Positions 50,954 through 63,420 are shown, counted from the stretch's first letter. The stretch is 64,000 nt of DNA from Octopus vulgaris (GCA_951406725.2 OX597820.1:106578001-106642000), one strand, 5' to 3'. Translations and numbers: made by a program. The notes: a model not told the origin generated them from the letters alone.

Positions 50954-52287
50954 ATGGTTATAAGAAATAAATTGATTAAGAGCATAGGTCATTTCATCTA
51001 TCTATACTTAGTCTAGACCTGTATTTACTATTGAATCTTTTTCTGCATAAGTTTTGAAACACTACTCCAGAATGGCTCTGTGGTTTTCTGGGGTCATTAG
51101 GATTTCTAGGTCCATACTGATGCCTGCTGACCATGTAATCATTTTTACTTCTTTTGTGTACGTGTGACATCTCTGTTCTTACCACCTGCCCCCTGTCCAT
51201 ATTATGCTTCAAAAGTGATGAGTCAGGAGCCAATATCACTATGATTAACTAATTTTGCTGTAACATTTCCAGAAACTTGCACATGTAACCAAGGAAAATA
51301 GCAGATGCAACTAAGAAGTAAACAACATATCAATTCCATAATGGCTCATATATATATATATATATATATATAATTTCACAGTTAATAACTTTTTACATTG
51401 TCCTTATCAAATATCAAAACATTTAACACATCCAACCCTTTCTTTTTCTCTCTCACTCACGCACACACAAGGACTCAAATACTATTGATATTTTATATTG
51501 CTGTACTGTTTTAAAGTAGTTTTTGTAGATACAGTCCCAGAAGGAAAACCTGTGCCCATAGTCCATTACAAGGCCTCCAAGAAAGGGAGGAAGGAAGTTA
51601 CCCTCAAACTAGAAACCAAGCTTGACTGCACATGTGGTGCCAGGTGATGGTGTTAAACTGGGCAACAGGTTAAATTACCACACAAGTAGGCTATGGTGGG
51701 ATTTGTACTCAGAATGCTCACAGCCATAACAAATACAGGAAGAGATCCAGTTTAATGTTCTGAAAGTTCTGTCAATCCACTACCATGGATTGGTACTTTT
51801 TTCATCGATCCTGAAGGGATAAAAGATAAAGTTGATCTCAACAAGATTTGAATTCTGAATACAGTATGGGAACAAGTATCACAAAACATTTTTTCTAAAG
51901 CTCTGATGACTCTACCAATTTGTCCCCTATATAATCCCTTGCCAATATTTTCTTCTCTTCATCTACCACTAAGTGTCATGGTACAATTAAAATACCTTAG
52001 TGGAATTATGTAACATTCCTCACATGTTTGGCACAGCAGAGAATTTGAACCAGCAGTGTCAGTAATACAATGATCTTACTGCTGTATCTTCTGTTATCTT
52101 TTCACCTTTTCTAGGCCTTTGAGAGATAATTATCACAGCCAGAGACATACTGAATAAAAATTATAACCTCAAACATTTTAGCTGATGTAAATAAATGTAA
52201 AAATGTCTTTTCATTTACTCAAGTAAATGATGTATGTATGTATAAATAAATGTGTACAAACACATACATCCATTATATATATATATA

Positions 52288-53498
52288 CTGGGTGCATAAG
52301 GTATTTAGGGATATACTTTATTTGAGTCATTGCTACAATTTTTGCTAACTCTGTATAATCTTTGTTTCAGAAAATAATAATGGCAGATCCTCAGCTTACT
52401 CAAGAAATCAAGAGACATGCTGTTATTGTGGTTATAAAGGTTGAGCATAGTGATTTAGAAATACCTCGATTTTTAAAAGTTGCCAGACTTTTCATCTACA
52501 AAGTTTGTAAGGAGCTACAGACTGAAGATGGAAATGTATCACCAGTATCAAAGTATAAAAAGCATTCTAAACACTCTGAAATCATCAGAACACCTGAATT
52601 TATCCAGCAAGTTCAACAGAGCATTGATTACAATCCCAGAAAAGTCCATGAGATCAATTGCAAAAGATCTCCATGTGTCAGAGGGAACAGTCAGAAATGT
52701 TGTCCACGAAGACATCAGATATAAGTCTTATATGATGAGGAATTTGTCAGAAAAAGCAAAAGAAAATCACAACATCAGTTCTAAAAGGTTCTTAAACAAA
52801 CTGAAAAATCAAGCAGAAGATTTGATCTGGTTTTTCTCAAATGAGAAAAACTTTGACCAAGATCAAAGAGTTAACAGAAGAAATGACAGATGGTAATGTG
52901 CAGACCCTTCTGATGTGTCCAACTGTCATGGTTTTAGGAGCTGTCAGCAATGAAGGAAGTGTGATGCTTCCTTACTTCTTTTTTCAAGGCCTTAGCGTTA
53001 ACTCTGCCACCTACATTGAGGTCCTGGAAACAATTAAGCCCTGGATAGATAATGTATGCAATGGAAGGCCATATATGTTTCAGTAAGATTACACTATCAC
53101 ACATAGCTCTAGTAACCCAGGAATGGATGGTTGAATATTTTCATGATCACATAACCCCTAACATTTGGCCTCCTAATTCTTCAGATCTCAATCCATTGGA
53201 CTATTACATGTGGAACGTTGTTGAGAGAGAGAGGCCAATGAACACACCGATAACACCAAAGATTCTTTGAAAGCTGCCGTAGTCAGAGTAATGTCCACAA
53301 TGAACCAAGACCACTTGATTTGAGCATGTAGATGATTTATATCTCATAAAGAAGCAGTTGTTGAAGCTCAAGGTTGCTTTATTGAATAACATTATAGAAA
53401 GATTTGTTTTTATCCTCATAGTATTTTTTGAGAAATAAAGTTATCTGTTATGTTTTTTTATAAACATAAATCTGTCCTTAAATATCTTACGTACCCTG
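52288..53498 (+). mobile_element. Full-length but decayed Tc1/mariner-superfamily transposon, DD37D (maT) type
   Basis: TIRs ta|ctgggtgcataaggtatttaggga / tccttaaatatcttacgtaccctg. Transposase remnants WFFSNEKNF, VMVLGAVS and FQ*D..WPPNSSDLNPLDY, with 37 residues between the second and third D; several stops and frameshifts. Confidence 0.88.
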
Positions 53499-56400
53499 TG
53501 TATGTATATGTGTGTATGTCCAAAGACTCAATGAGATTTTATGAGCTACTGCTGTGCTTGGGTTTTTATGGCATTTAGTATTAAATTAAAGAGATGGATA
53601 ACAATACTACTACTCTACCTCAGGCAACATTCTCAGATGCACAACTGAGAACAGTAACTATTTCTGGCAGCTAACCAAACTAAAGCATGTAAAATTAAAG
53701 GTACAAAAATTTAATAAACTATAAAATTTGTAAAATTGAAGACTGATCGATTTTTTTGGTTTAGGTCCCCATCGATAGGTTTTTTTTTTCTTATGCACAT
53801 GTAATTTGCTCCTTCCTAATACAAAATACATCCATCATTCTTGCTCTAAATACACAACAAAAAAAAAAAGCTATAATCTGGTTTGAGCACATTAACTGCA
53901 CCTTTAAAATACTTTGCTATTTAAACAAAGTCATGAGATAATTTATTCTAATTTTGGAGAAACTAAAGGAGATATGAATGCGTGTGTGTGTGTATACATA
54001 CACCTTTAGTTTTTCTTATAAAAAGAGTATCTTGTAAATTGTGTGTGTGTGATTTACAAGATACTTGTGCGTAAGTAATTTACAGGATACTTTCTTCGCT
54101 ATTAGTTTTGTGCAACAGATTCAGAAAATAAGTCCCAAGGAATATCTGCATTGCATATGAGGATTCGGGATTTATAGAGATCCCATTAGATTTCACATTG
54201 TGAAGAGTTTAATAGGACATCATAAGAAACCTGGTTAAACCTGACCCAGTTACAACTCAACTACACTGGCAAGAGCTTTCAAAGCACATTTCACAAATCT
54301 TGTTAGCTCAGTTGATTAGGTCTTGAGTTCTAGAACAGAAACTGAATTTGTTTTACAAGTGTAACTCAAACCAGTGAATTTTGCCTCTAATGTAATGTAA
54401 ATTCATAACTGCTTAAACGAAGGTGGAGATTTGACCCATCTCAAAGATTGAATGAATTATATTATGGACGCAAACAATAATCAGTAAAAGGTAACGTGTC
54501 AAACCTTAGACATGGATGTATGTGTATATGTAACAACATGTAACGAATATTTTAAATAACTGAATAAAGGAATTCAAGTTCAACAGAAATATAAATTAGT
54601 TTCCAGCTAACATGATATATCATTGCTTGAAAAATAATGTGATACTTGAGAAGAAAAAACATTAACCTCACTTGTTTGTTTCGTTTTTCTTTTTGTCACT
54701 GTATTTATTTTAGCTTTACTTCCCCAAAAAAAATATGTAAAACTAGTCCATTCTTGTCAACTATTTACATAGATTTTTGACACACACTAAGATGTTTGTA
54801 CTTCAAAAAAAAAAGGTGGGGAGAAAACTTGGTAGTCTCAGATAGTTAAACAGAATAACTTTTAATACACATATTGGAATAGTATAATACTACTTATGAA
54901 AAAGAATGACTGGGAGAAAACTTCAATATTCTTGGCCAGTTTCTCATGTTTAAGTCGTTAGTCAAGTCCCTGTGGTTTATGGCCGGTCGAATAGGCGGCC
55001 AGCAGGTGGTAAAGTTTATATTCAATTAACGTCATTGCTGGGACCTATGTTGGCCGCCAACTGTTTTGATAACAACTACTCAGAAAATATTTCCCACTTC
55101 CATCTGGGTGGTGGGTGCGCTAAATCCGTGAAATGAAACATGAATAAATTATGAATTTATTGGGTGAGCTATGTCGGATATAAATGGGGGTGTACCGTCT
55201 GTATCTAGAGATGCCACAAGATTTCACAGATTTACATCAATAACAGTCGAAACAACAATTAACAGCCATAGAACTGAAGTACCATCATTAAAAAGAGAAG
55301 TTTGGAAAATCAATTTTCTGAAATATAACCGACATACAAACGGGAGCCAACGACGGAACCTCTACTGCTAGAAATGGCAGCTAAATCTCACTTCCTACAG
55401 TCATGGGAAAGGAAAAGACACAAACGGTAACGTAGTCCTTCAAAAATTAGACGGCCGTGGCAGGAATCTGCTCGATCGCGGTTGACCTGGAGTAAGGAGA
55501 ACCTAAGAGTTTGAAAGAAATTAATTTAAACGAAGAATATTCATACAAAAGTCGTGCTTTACAAGACAGGGGTATCCTTCGACCCAATCTTGCATCGGAG
55601 GACGGATGGGGACACTATATTTAGACAATGTATACCAAAGAACAAGTTAACTTTTCCAAGTCGGTCAATTCTCCTATAAACAGCAGTGTTTGCGGTTGCT
55701 GTTTTATTATTGACTCTATTTCATATCGGACGTGCTTCTGATGTGAATAATTTATTCCAACCAAGGACGGACATAACCAATATAAAACTGGACCAAGGAC
55801 GGACATAAAACATCCCAAAGGGGGTGCGGTCCACTGTATTTACCTCCGCCATAAAACTGACCAGTTTATTACTGATACTTTATCGATCCCCCGTTCCACT
55901 ACGGTAGGATTAAAAATAAATTCAATCAGTATCCATCATAGAAAGAAATAATAAAGCCTTAAAACTAGATATCATAAAGCATCGAAATCAAGTGTCTCCC
56001 ATCCATGAGACTAGTGATAATTTGTAACAGGTACAAGAGCATACATTTGGGATAGGGTTATAATCGATTTACGATAACTTATACTCTACTGGTACTTCAT
56101 ATTTCATCGAACCGAGAAAGAAGAATAAAAGATAGAGGACACCTTGGCGAGATTCGAACTCAGAATGTAACTAAATTCTGCGAAGCCGACACTCCCATTT
56201 CTACTATACATCGTCAAGATAATTTCTTTTATAGGCCATAAGGGGCCCAAGACATTAAGTACAGTATAAAAGGACGAAATACAACACATAAAAAGTATGG
56301 GCTTATATCGATAAAAAGGGATTGAGCAACAATAAAAATATAACAAGGTATAAAAAAAATTAAAATTCTAACAAAAATTTTATTAGGAAAAAAATTCCTT

Positions 56401-58076
56401 AACAGTGGTGGTGGGAGTTCGAACACAAGAATAGGGTCACATATTTTGGAAGGTGTCGGTGGGAAGGATGAGAAATAAAATCAACCCAGGCAGTATTTGG
56501 GATTTGAACTTGCACTATCACTACTACTAATAACAATGAAGATAAAATCGTTGAGGTACATAGAATAAGATGTGTGGTTCATGCTTTCCTTAAATGAAAT
56601 GGTTCCAACGGGAGCCGAAGTTAAGTGACAGACTCAATTCCTTAAAACATAAACCCAGCGCTACATAACAAAAGACTCTTATATAATAATCAAGGTTTCG
56701 GATTTGTGGAATGATAAATGTAACGATTATGAATTCTTCGGGAATAATGATAGTTTATTATTATTGTTGCCACTACAGCCCTCCCCAATCGAATGAGCAG
56801 AAAACAAGAAATATATTGCTTTCTTTAAAACAGAACTTCCACATACCAGAGTTGTTGATGTTGACATATTTTTATTATTATTGTTGTTCGGATATCACTG
56901 AAGAAAAATCAAAAATGTTTCTGATGTTAAAAGGAAATAAAACGAAAAAAAAAAGGTGAATTTAAAAAATAAAAAAAAGAACAAAAAAGTTGGTGGAATT
57001 CATAAGAAAAATAACTGGGAGTTCGAAGCTGCAAAAGTAAAGAAAGGATCCAGTGAGAGAATGCCGAGATTAGCAACTTAGCGATGAAATCCGAGAAGAC
57101 AGAACCTATAGGATTAATTTCGATCAATAGCAAATGTGGGACTCTGATTTCTGTTGTAGTCTTTGTGCTTGCCACCATACCGAGATTCGGAATTCTTCAG
57201 TATTTGCCAACGGATTAGCCGAGAGAGCAATCCATATATGTAGTCTTAGAGGAACGAGAATAGACGGTACCACAAACCAGAAGAGTAAAAAAAAATATGC
57301 AGAAGTCGATAAATAAAAGTAAAAAAAATTCTAAGTCATAGAGCAATGATATGAATATAAATGAATATAGTCTATATTTCTGTGGAGAAGAATAAATTTA
57401 ATGATTATAGGGAAGAAGCTAAAAAGATCTGCTTGGAAGTATTATCTATCCCAACCCAGGACAGATCAATTATCTGAAAACTAACAATTCCATTTTTTAT
57501 CTTTTAAGTAATTTTCGTAAATAATTTTTTTTGTTTTTAATTATATTTCTTCTTTTTCTTTAATTAATGTATTAAAATAAATCAATTATAGTTTCGTTAA
57601 ACATATTACAAAATAATCCCGTAAAGAAATTAAGACAGCGGGAAGAAGATAATTGTAAACTAGCAAACTAATTAATGTTTCATTAAATGATTTCCACCCG
57701 CCACCTCTATTAAGTTAAACTAAGGGGAAATTTTTAAGAAAACAGACGAAAAGATAAAACGAAGAAAGCAATCGAAAAAAAAAAACTATCATGTTTGCAA
57801 AGAGCCAGAAATGGAAGCACGAAGCCATTTCTGGCAAGTCTTTGAAATAAGTTCGTCAACTTTAAAAGTAATTGTGGAGTAAACAGAAAAAGATGAAAAA
57901 ACAAAATCATTCTCCCGAATCAAGTCTCATCGTTCTGCATGGTTGATACACCCCTTGACACAAATTTTCTTTTCTGTCTTCGTAGACACCAAGTAGTATT
58001 ATTATAATAATTATATATATATTTCGTTTTGGGATTTGGTTTGCAAGATTCTTTATGTGAGTTCGTGTGTTGAAGC

Positions 58077-58346
58077 ATATTCTGTTGTGTCTGAGGAGAG
58101 TCATTCTCTTTCAGTGCCTTATAATTCAACACACTCACCGGTAAAATTTCCACGTTTTTATTTTTATTTTCCTAAAATTTTCGTTGCGTCTTTTCATAGT
58201 TTTGTGAGTCAAAACTATTGAAAAGGTTGCAAGACGCATCGAAAATTTTAAAAAATAAAAAAGAAATAAGAGGAAATTTTACCGGTGAGTGTGTTAAATT
58301 ATAAGGCACTAAAAGAGAATGACTCTCCCCAGACACAACAGAATAT
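58077..58346. repeat. ~270 bp near-palindrome (foldback)
   Basis: atattctgttgtgtctgaggagagtcattctc..cactcaccggtaaaatttcc pairs with ggaaattttaccggtgagtg..gagaatgactctccccagacacaacagaatat; pairing continues to the centre at about 58205. Confidence 0.93.
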
Positions 58347-59093
58347 ATATGTGTGTGTGTGTAAACTATTTTCTAACTATTGGAGTATAAAAATGTTCAA
58401 CAGTGAAGTAATACCTGATAGGCCAAATAATAGAATAATTAAATTTCATAGAAACATATAATCATTATTTAAATGCTTTTGCTCTCTTTCCCCAAACTAT
58501 TTCTTGCTTTGTGGAAGAAAACAAAAAATATAACCTAAAACACTACAATTGACCAACTACCAGCGTATTTAGAAACCCTTCCTAACTCCCCTTTTTGCTC
58601 TTTAAAAAAATCGGGGAAGGGGGGTCTCTAAGGCAGTTGTATTTGCTGTTGCCTTTCCGTAAAGGAAGCCCTTTAAGAACTAGCAAGGAAACTAAAGATA
58701 GAAAAAAAGGTACCAAAACAAACTGGAACCTCTAAATCCATTTGTTGTTACTGCTTCAGAAGTTTCTAAATAAATACTACAACGTGCAACATAGAAATAT
58801 TTCAACAAGCAGATTTACCTACGACTGCAAAAGCTCAAGAAGCATGTTTATTTCCATGCAATACACAAATACAGAAACGTGTGTGCATGGTATTGAGTGT
58901 TTACTACATTAAAGAAATGCTGTGTTTATTATTATTGTGATATGAACACGAATTGAGTTAGTCAAGTTGAATTATGTAGGCTGATTTAGTGTGTTTTTTA
59001 ACTACACAGCTAAAAACTTAAGATCCATGATAAGTTTGAATCAAATCGTCACATAATACAATGAGTAAACTGAAAGGTTTAATGATTATATAA

Positions 59094-59124
<31 letters not shown>

Positions 59125-59563
59125 GACATGCGCACCTACATACAAACGTGTGTGTGTGTCCACACACACAACACTGGATTTATGCATTTGTTTAACTTCC
59201 CAGTAAATTTGCTATAAACAAGTACGGGGCAGATGTGTTTTCCGTGTAAACAGAACATAAGCAGATCGCATATGAACAAGGTAAATAACTAATGGCCAAC
59301 TAAACGTTTAAAGATGGTTAAATCACTGCAAACTAATAATGGGAGTCTAATAAGGCTTGCATACGAGCAGACTCACGACTAGTGTTTCTTTCGATGGCAC
59401 AAGCATAAAAGGTGGGGGATGAACAACAAAACACATACGGACGGTGCAAGCTGCACGCACCTCCGTACTTATCAAGAGGTAGATGAACGATTCCTTAGGT
59501 TATGTTTCCATTAGCAGACCAAAAGTTGCTCATATAACTAATTATATAATGCAATCCACTTAC

Positions 59564-59648
59564 CTACTTGTTGTAGATTCAACAATATCAAAAGATACCT
59601 CCATATAATATCTAAGGTACTTGTCCGATTACTCCGATCCGCCGCCAT
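59564..59648 (-). CDS. BMPR1: Putative coding exon 1 (signal peptide) of the BMP type I receptor
   Basis: ATG lies in AAGATGGCGGC. The 85 nt are open, MAADRSNRTSTLDIIWRYLLILLNLQQV+G, and end at a perfect donor AG|gtaagt. Phase 1 joins exon 2 in frame (G+TG=Val). A hydrophobic core followed by VDS|LLC fits a signal-peptide cleavage site. Confidence 0.78.
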
Positions 59649-59682
59649 CTTTCCCTCACGTACATGACCGCTTGTGACGTCA
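59641..59682 (-). promoter_or_regulatory. Promoter-proximal motifs: YY1 site overlapping the start codon and a palindromic CRE
   Basis: GCCGCCATCTT (YY1 consensus AAGATGGCGGC on minus) at 59641-59651 and TGACGTCA at 59675-59682, within a locally CpG-rich zone. Confidence 0.65.
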
Positions 59683-60192
59683 GAGGTGATATATAGCCTC
59701 TAACCCAGCAGCAAAGCAAGTTGGTTAGTGATACACCGTAACCATCTTTAAATGTCTCACAATACACACATTGCTCCGCACAATTATTGTCTTACTAAAT
59801 TGAAATTAATTAATCATTATATTAAAAATAACAATGAGAGAACTACTTCCTTGTTCGTCTTTCTCATTCGATCACACATATCCATACATATGTCGAGATG
59901 AATGTAATATACTTGTAGGTAAAGGGTATTCTCTCCCAATTTAATACTGTACTAAACTTTATACTCCAAATCTAAATTCCCCCTCATTTTAGCGTATCTA
60001 ATTGTCATACACGGGTATTTCTTCAAACGTGTTTCTATATGCATTGTTTACTCATACGAGATATTGGTAATATCCCGCAAACTTGCCGTTATCCTAACAA
60101 GATATTAATTATTTAGATAGTCTCGCCTTTATTCTAAATTCAAAGATTATTTTTGAATTTTCAAAAGTTATTTTCTTCCTAACTTTATTTTT

Positions 60193-60230
<38 letters not shown>

Positions 60231-60579
60231 TTCTCGTGCTTGTACAGGTCAGACAAAATTTGCTGACGCAGATTTTTCTGTGATCAGATGCCCTTCCTGT
60301 CACCAACCGTAACCTGTTTCCAAGCAAAGTAATATTCCCTCAAGGCCGGAAATATTTTCATGGACACCGCTTGTATGATGACGGTGACATGTGTATGTAG
60401 AATGAATGCATCCCAGTTTGAGAGTAGTCCCAGCATGTCTTTGCATGTTATGAGAAGCAACAAAAAGGGCTGGCAACAGAAGAGCACCTAACCCTAACCA
60501 ACTGCTTCAGAAAAAATCTGTCCAGCTAAAGATGCAGGAAGAAGTAAACATAAAATGCTAACACTGATGACACACATAC

Positions 60580-60950
60580 ATCACCATTATCATTTAACAT
60601 CCACCTTCCATGCTGGGATAGATTGGACAGTTTGACAGGAGTCAGCCAGCTAGAAGACTACACTGGGCTTCACTGTCTATTTTGGCACAGTTTGTACAGC
60701 TGGATGCTCTTCTTAACACCAACCAGCCTCTGCTGGTGCTTTTTACATGGCACCAGCACAGGCAAGGTCAGTGTTGGCATGGTTTTTACAGCTGGATGCT
60801 TTTTATGTGGCACCAGCACTGGCAGGGTCACCAAGTAACTTGCAAGACAAAAATCCTTTGAGAGGGGAAGGGAACATTGGAGGACATGATCTTGTGCCAG
60901 ATGATGAAAGGTTGCAGTGTGACAGGGAGACAGAAACAGGTGTCTTGCTG
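60580..60950 (-). mobile_element. Old RTE-tailed retroposon fragment
   Basis: catttaacatccaccttccatgctgg..gctggatgctcttcttaacaccaacc..ggcaccagcac modules. Confidence 0.65.
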
Positions 60951-61211
60951 TCAACTTAAAAACAAAAAGCAGTTTATCTTTTTATCTTCCACTTGTTTCA
61001 CCTGCTAAACTGTAGCCATGTTGGGGCACCATTCAGAAAGGCTCCAGTTGAGCAAATTGACCCCAGTACATATATAAATATCCATGCAGTCTTTAGTAGG
61101 CTAGGAAATTATTATCCAAGTTGAAAACAAGAGGTGGTTTGCAGCTATACCTTAACAAATTCCAATGTAACCTATGCTAGAACAGAAAAGTTAATGTTAA
61201 CACAATGTGTA

Positions 61212-61476
61212 TGTCATTATTCAGTTTTATTTCAAGATTTCTTGCCAATAGAGAAAGAGCCGGTTTCATTGGAATTTCAACATCAACAGGATATTTTTGT
61301 ATGCATGTATATGTGCAGATTTCTATGTTTTGTTTTATGTGTGTATTCTCATGCATATAGTTACATATCTAGACATGATCATATATATTTAGATGATAAA
61401 CTTCTGGAAAGCTTTACAGATTTTTACAATTCCAGTCATAGCTTGGATCTGAAGTCTTTGCATCAGCTTTCTCCTG
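61212..61476. repeat. Dispersed repeat, inverted homologue of 11151-11365
   Basis: tgtcattattcagttttatttcaagatttcttgccaatagagaaagagcc. Confidence 0.6.
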
Positions 61477-61878
61477 TGTGTATGCATACATACACACAAC
61501 ACATACAGTCATATATATACATACATACATACATACACACATACATACATACACACACATACATACACATACACACACACATACACACACATACATACAC
61601 ATATACACACATACATACATACATACATACACACACATACACACACACATACACAACACATACATACATACATACATACACACACATGCATGCATACATA
61701 CATACATACACACACATACATACATACATACACACACATGCATACACACACACACATACATACATACACCACACATACATACATACACACACATGCATGC
61801 ATGCATACATACATACATACACACACATACATACTTACATACATACATGCATACATACATACATACCTACATACAACC
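61477..61878. repeat. (CATA)n/(CA)n compound microsatellite
   Basis: Directly visible. Confidence 0.95.
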
Positions 61879-61879
61879 A

Positions 61880-63420
61880 CTGATGAGTGCTATTGAACGC
61901 CTAAACAAGATTTGGTACACCGCCTTGCTCCTCTGGAGTGATAAGGAGTATATTAAGTCAGATAAGCATTCACTACCAAAATGGTTCTTTTCAGGGTGAT
62001 AGCTTGTTGGTGTTGTTCTTTATCCTCTCATTTAACCCACTACCATACGTGCTCACAAGACATAGTGACCATAGAAGTTGATTCAGAAGTATCTCCCAGC
62101 TTTTCTTTGTTGACAACCTGAAACTGTATGGGTCACATATCAACCTCATGAAAAACAATTGGACCAAATAACCCAATTTTCTACTGATGTTGGGATGGAA
62201 TTTGGTGAGTCCAAATGCGCATTTTTGACAATAAAATGTGGAAAAGTTGTGCCCTGAACAAGATGAGAATGTCAAGTATGATGGGCCCATAAATAAGAAG
62301 AGGACCAGGACTGAATACCTCAGGAGAGTAAAGAGAATATGGTCATCAGAACTCTCACAGCAAGCATATTGCTCACAATATCTCTGTAGTAGCTTTTCTT
62401 GTGCCTGTGTTTGGTCTTCTGAACTGGTCACCGCAAGAACTCAATGAGATTGATGTTTGAAGTTGAAAGCTGCTCAATCTTGTAAGAAACTTTAATATCA
62501 ATGGAGATGTAGACAGACTATACCTCCCATGCAAGGATGGTGGCTGTGGTCTCATATCTGTATTAATGCCATATGAAGCATGTATTGTTACCTGAAACAA
62601 CATTTGGAGCAGAGGAAAGAGTCTGGTAACTATCTTGCCCAAGTTTGTGACCATGAAACCAGCAACTTAATTAGGATAGCTAATGCACATGAGGAGAGGT
62701 ATGAAATAAAAAACTAATACAGATCTCTTCCCAAAGAGCATTGGTAAAATTTATTTATCAGAAGAACAGAATTATAAAAGGATCAGTTCAGTGAGAAGAT
62801 AATACATGGGTACTTGGCATGAAAAACACAAACCATAGAAGGGATTGATCATGACAAAAGCTTAGCATGGAATGCCAAGTTTATGACATGGCACTGTGAA
62901 AGTTACCTACAATGCAATTCAAGAACAAGAGATCCTGACCAATACCTACAGCATAAAAACAGAAAACACTGACAGACAACAAATGTGAGCTGTGCAAGAC
63001 CAAAACTGAAGACATTGACCACATTATTGCCGACTGCAAGAGAATGTCTTACAGATATTATCTTCCCATGAGGCATAATGCAGCAGTCAGAACAGTCTGG
63101 AACAGGATAACAAAAAACAAAACACCTGCAGTTGAAATTTACTATATTGAGACTGAGAGGCCAAAATAATATTGGTGGAACTTAAGAATTAAAACAGCTA
63201 CGAAGTCAAAACACAAATTACCAGATATTGTTGTGTGGGATCACAGAGAAAAGACATGCTCTATAGTGGAAATCAGCTGCCTTCAGGACACCAATATGGT
63301 TAAATAAAGAGGACATCTGTGGACAATTAATTAGGAGTTTGCAAATCCGGTACCCAAGATCAACTTTCAGCATCATAACTATTATTATTGGAGCAACAAG
63401 ATATATAGCAACCCATCAGG
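61880..63420 (+). mobile_element. Degenerate R4/Dong-clade non-LTR retrotransposon (RT plus restriction-like endonuclease)
   Basis: FQGDSL..FNPL, FFVDNLKLY, DVGMEFGESKCA, RLYLPCKDGGCGL, AIQEQEI, CKTKTEDIDHIIADC..RHN and KLPDIVVWD..IVEISC; many frameshifts. Confidence 0.82.

Larger units (their letters stand above)
298..59563 (-). other. Putative ~59 kb first intron (GT-AG, phase 1) of the BMP receptor gene
   Basis: Bounded by gtaagt at 59563-59558 and ttttcag ending at 298 on the minus strand. It includes two 100-N gaps, so the true length is uncertain. Confidence 0.7.

Noticed and set aside
50994-51239. 81 aa minus-strand ORF
   Set aside because: No recognisable domain or convincing splice pair.
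54994-55010. Smad/Schnurri BMP feedback element GRCGNC(N5)GTCT
   Set aside because: GGCGGC is present, but the GTCT half-site at the required spacing is absent on both strands.
58819-58824. 6 nt microexon or alternative first exon (ttttgcag|TCGTAG|gtaaat)
   Set aside because: Upstream ATG frames contain stops, and the microexon has only weak sites that are expected by chance.
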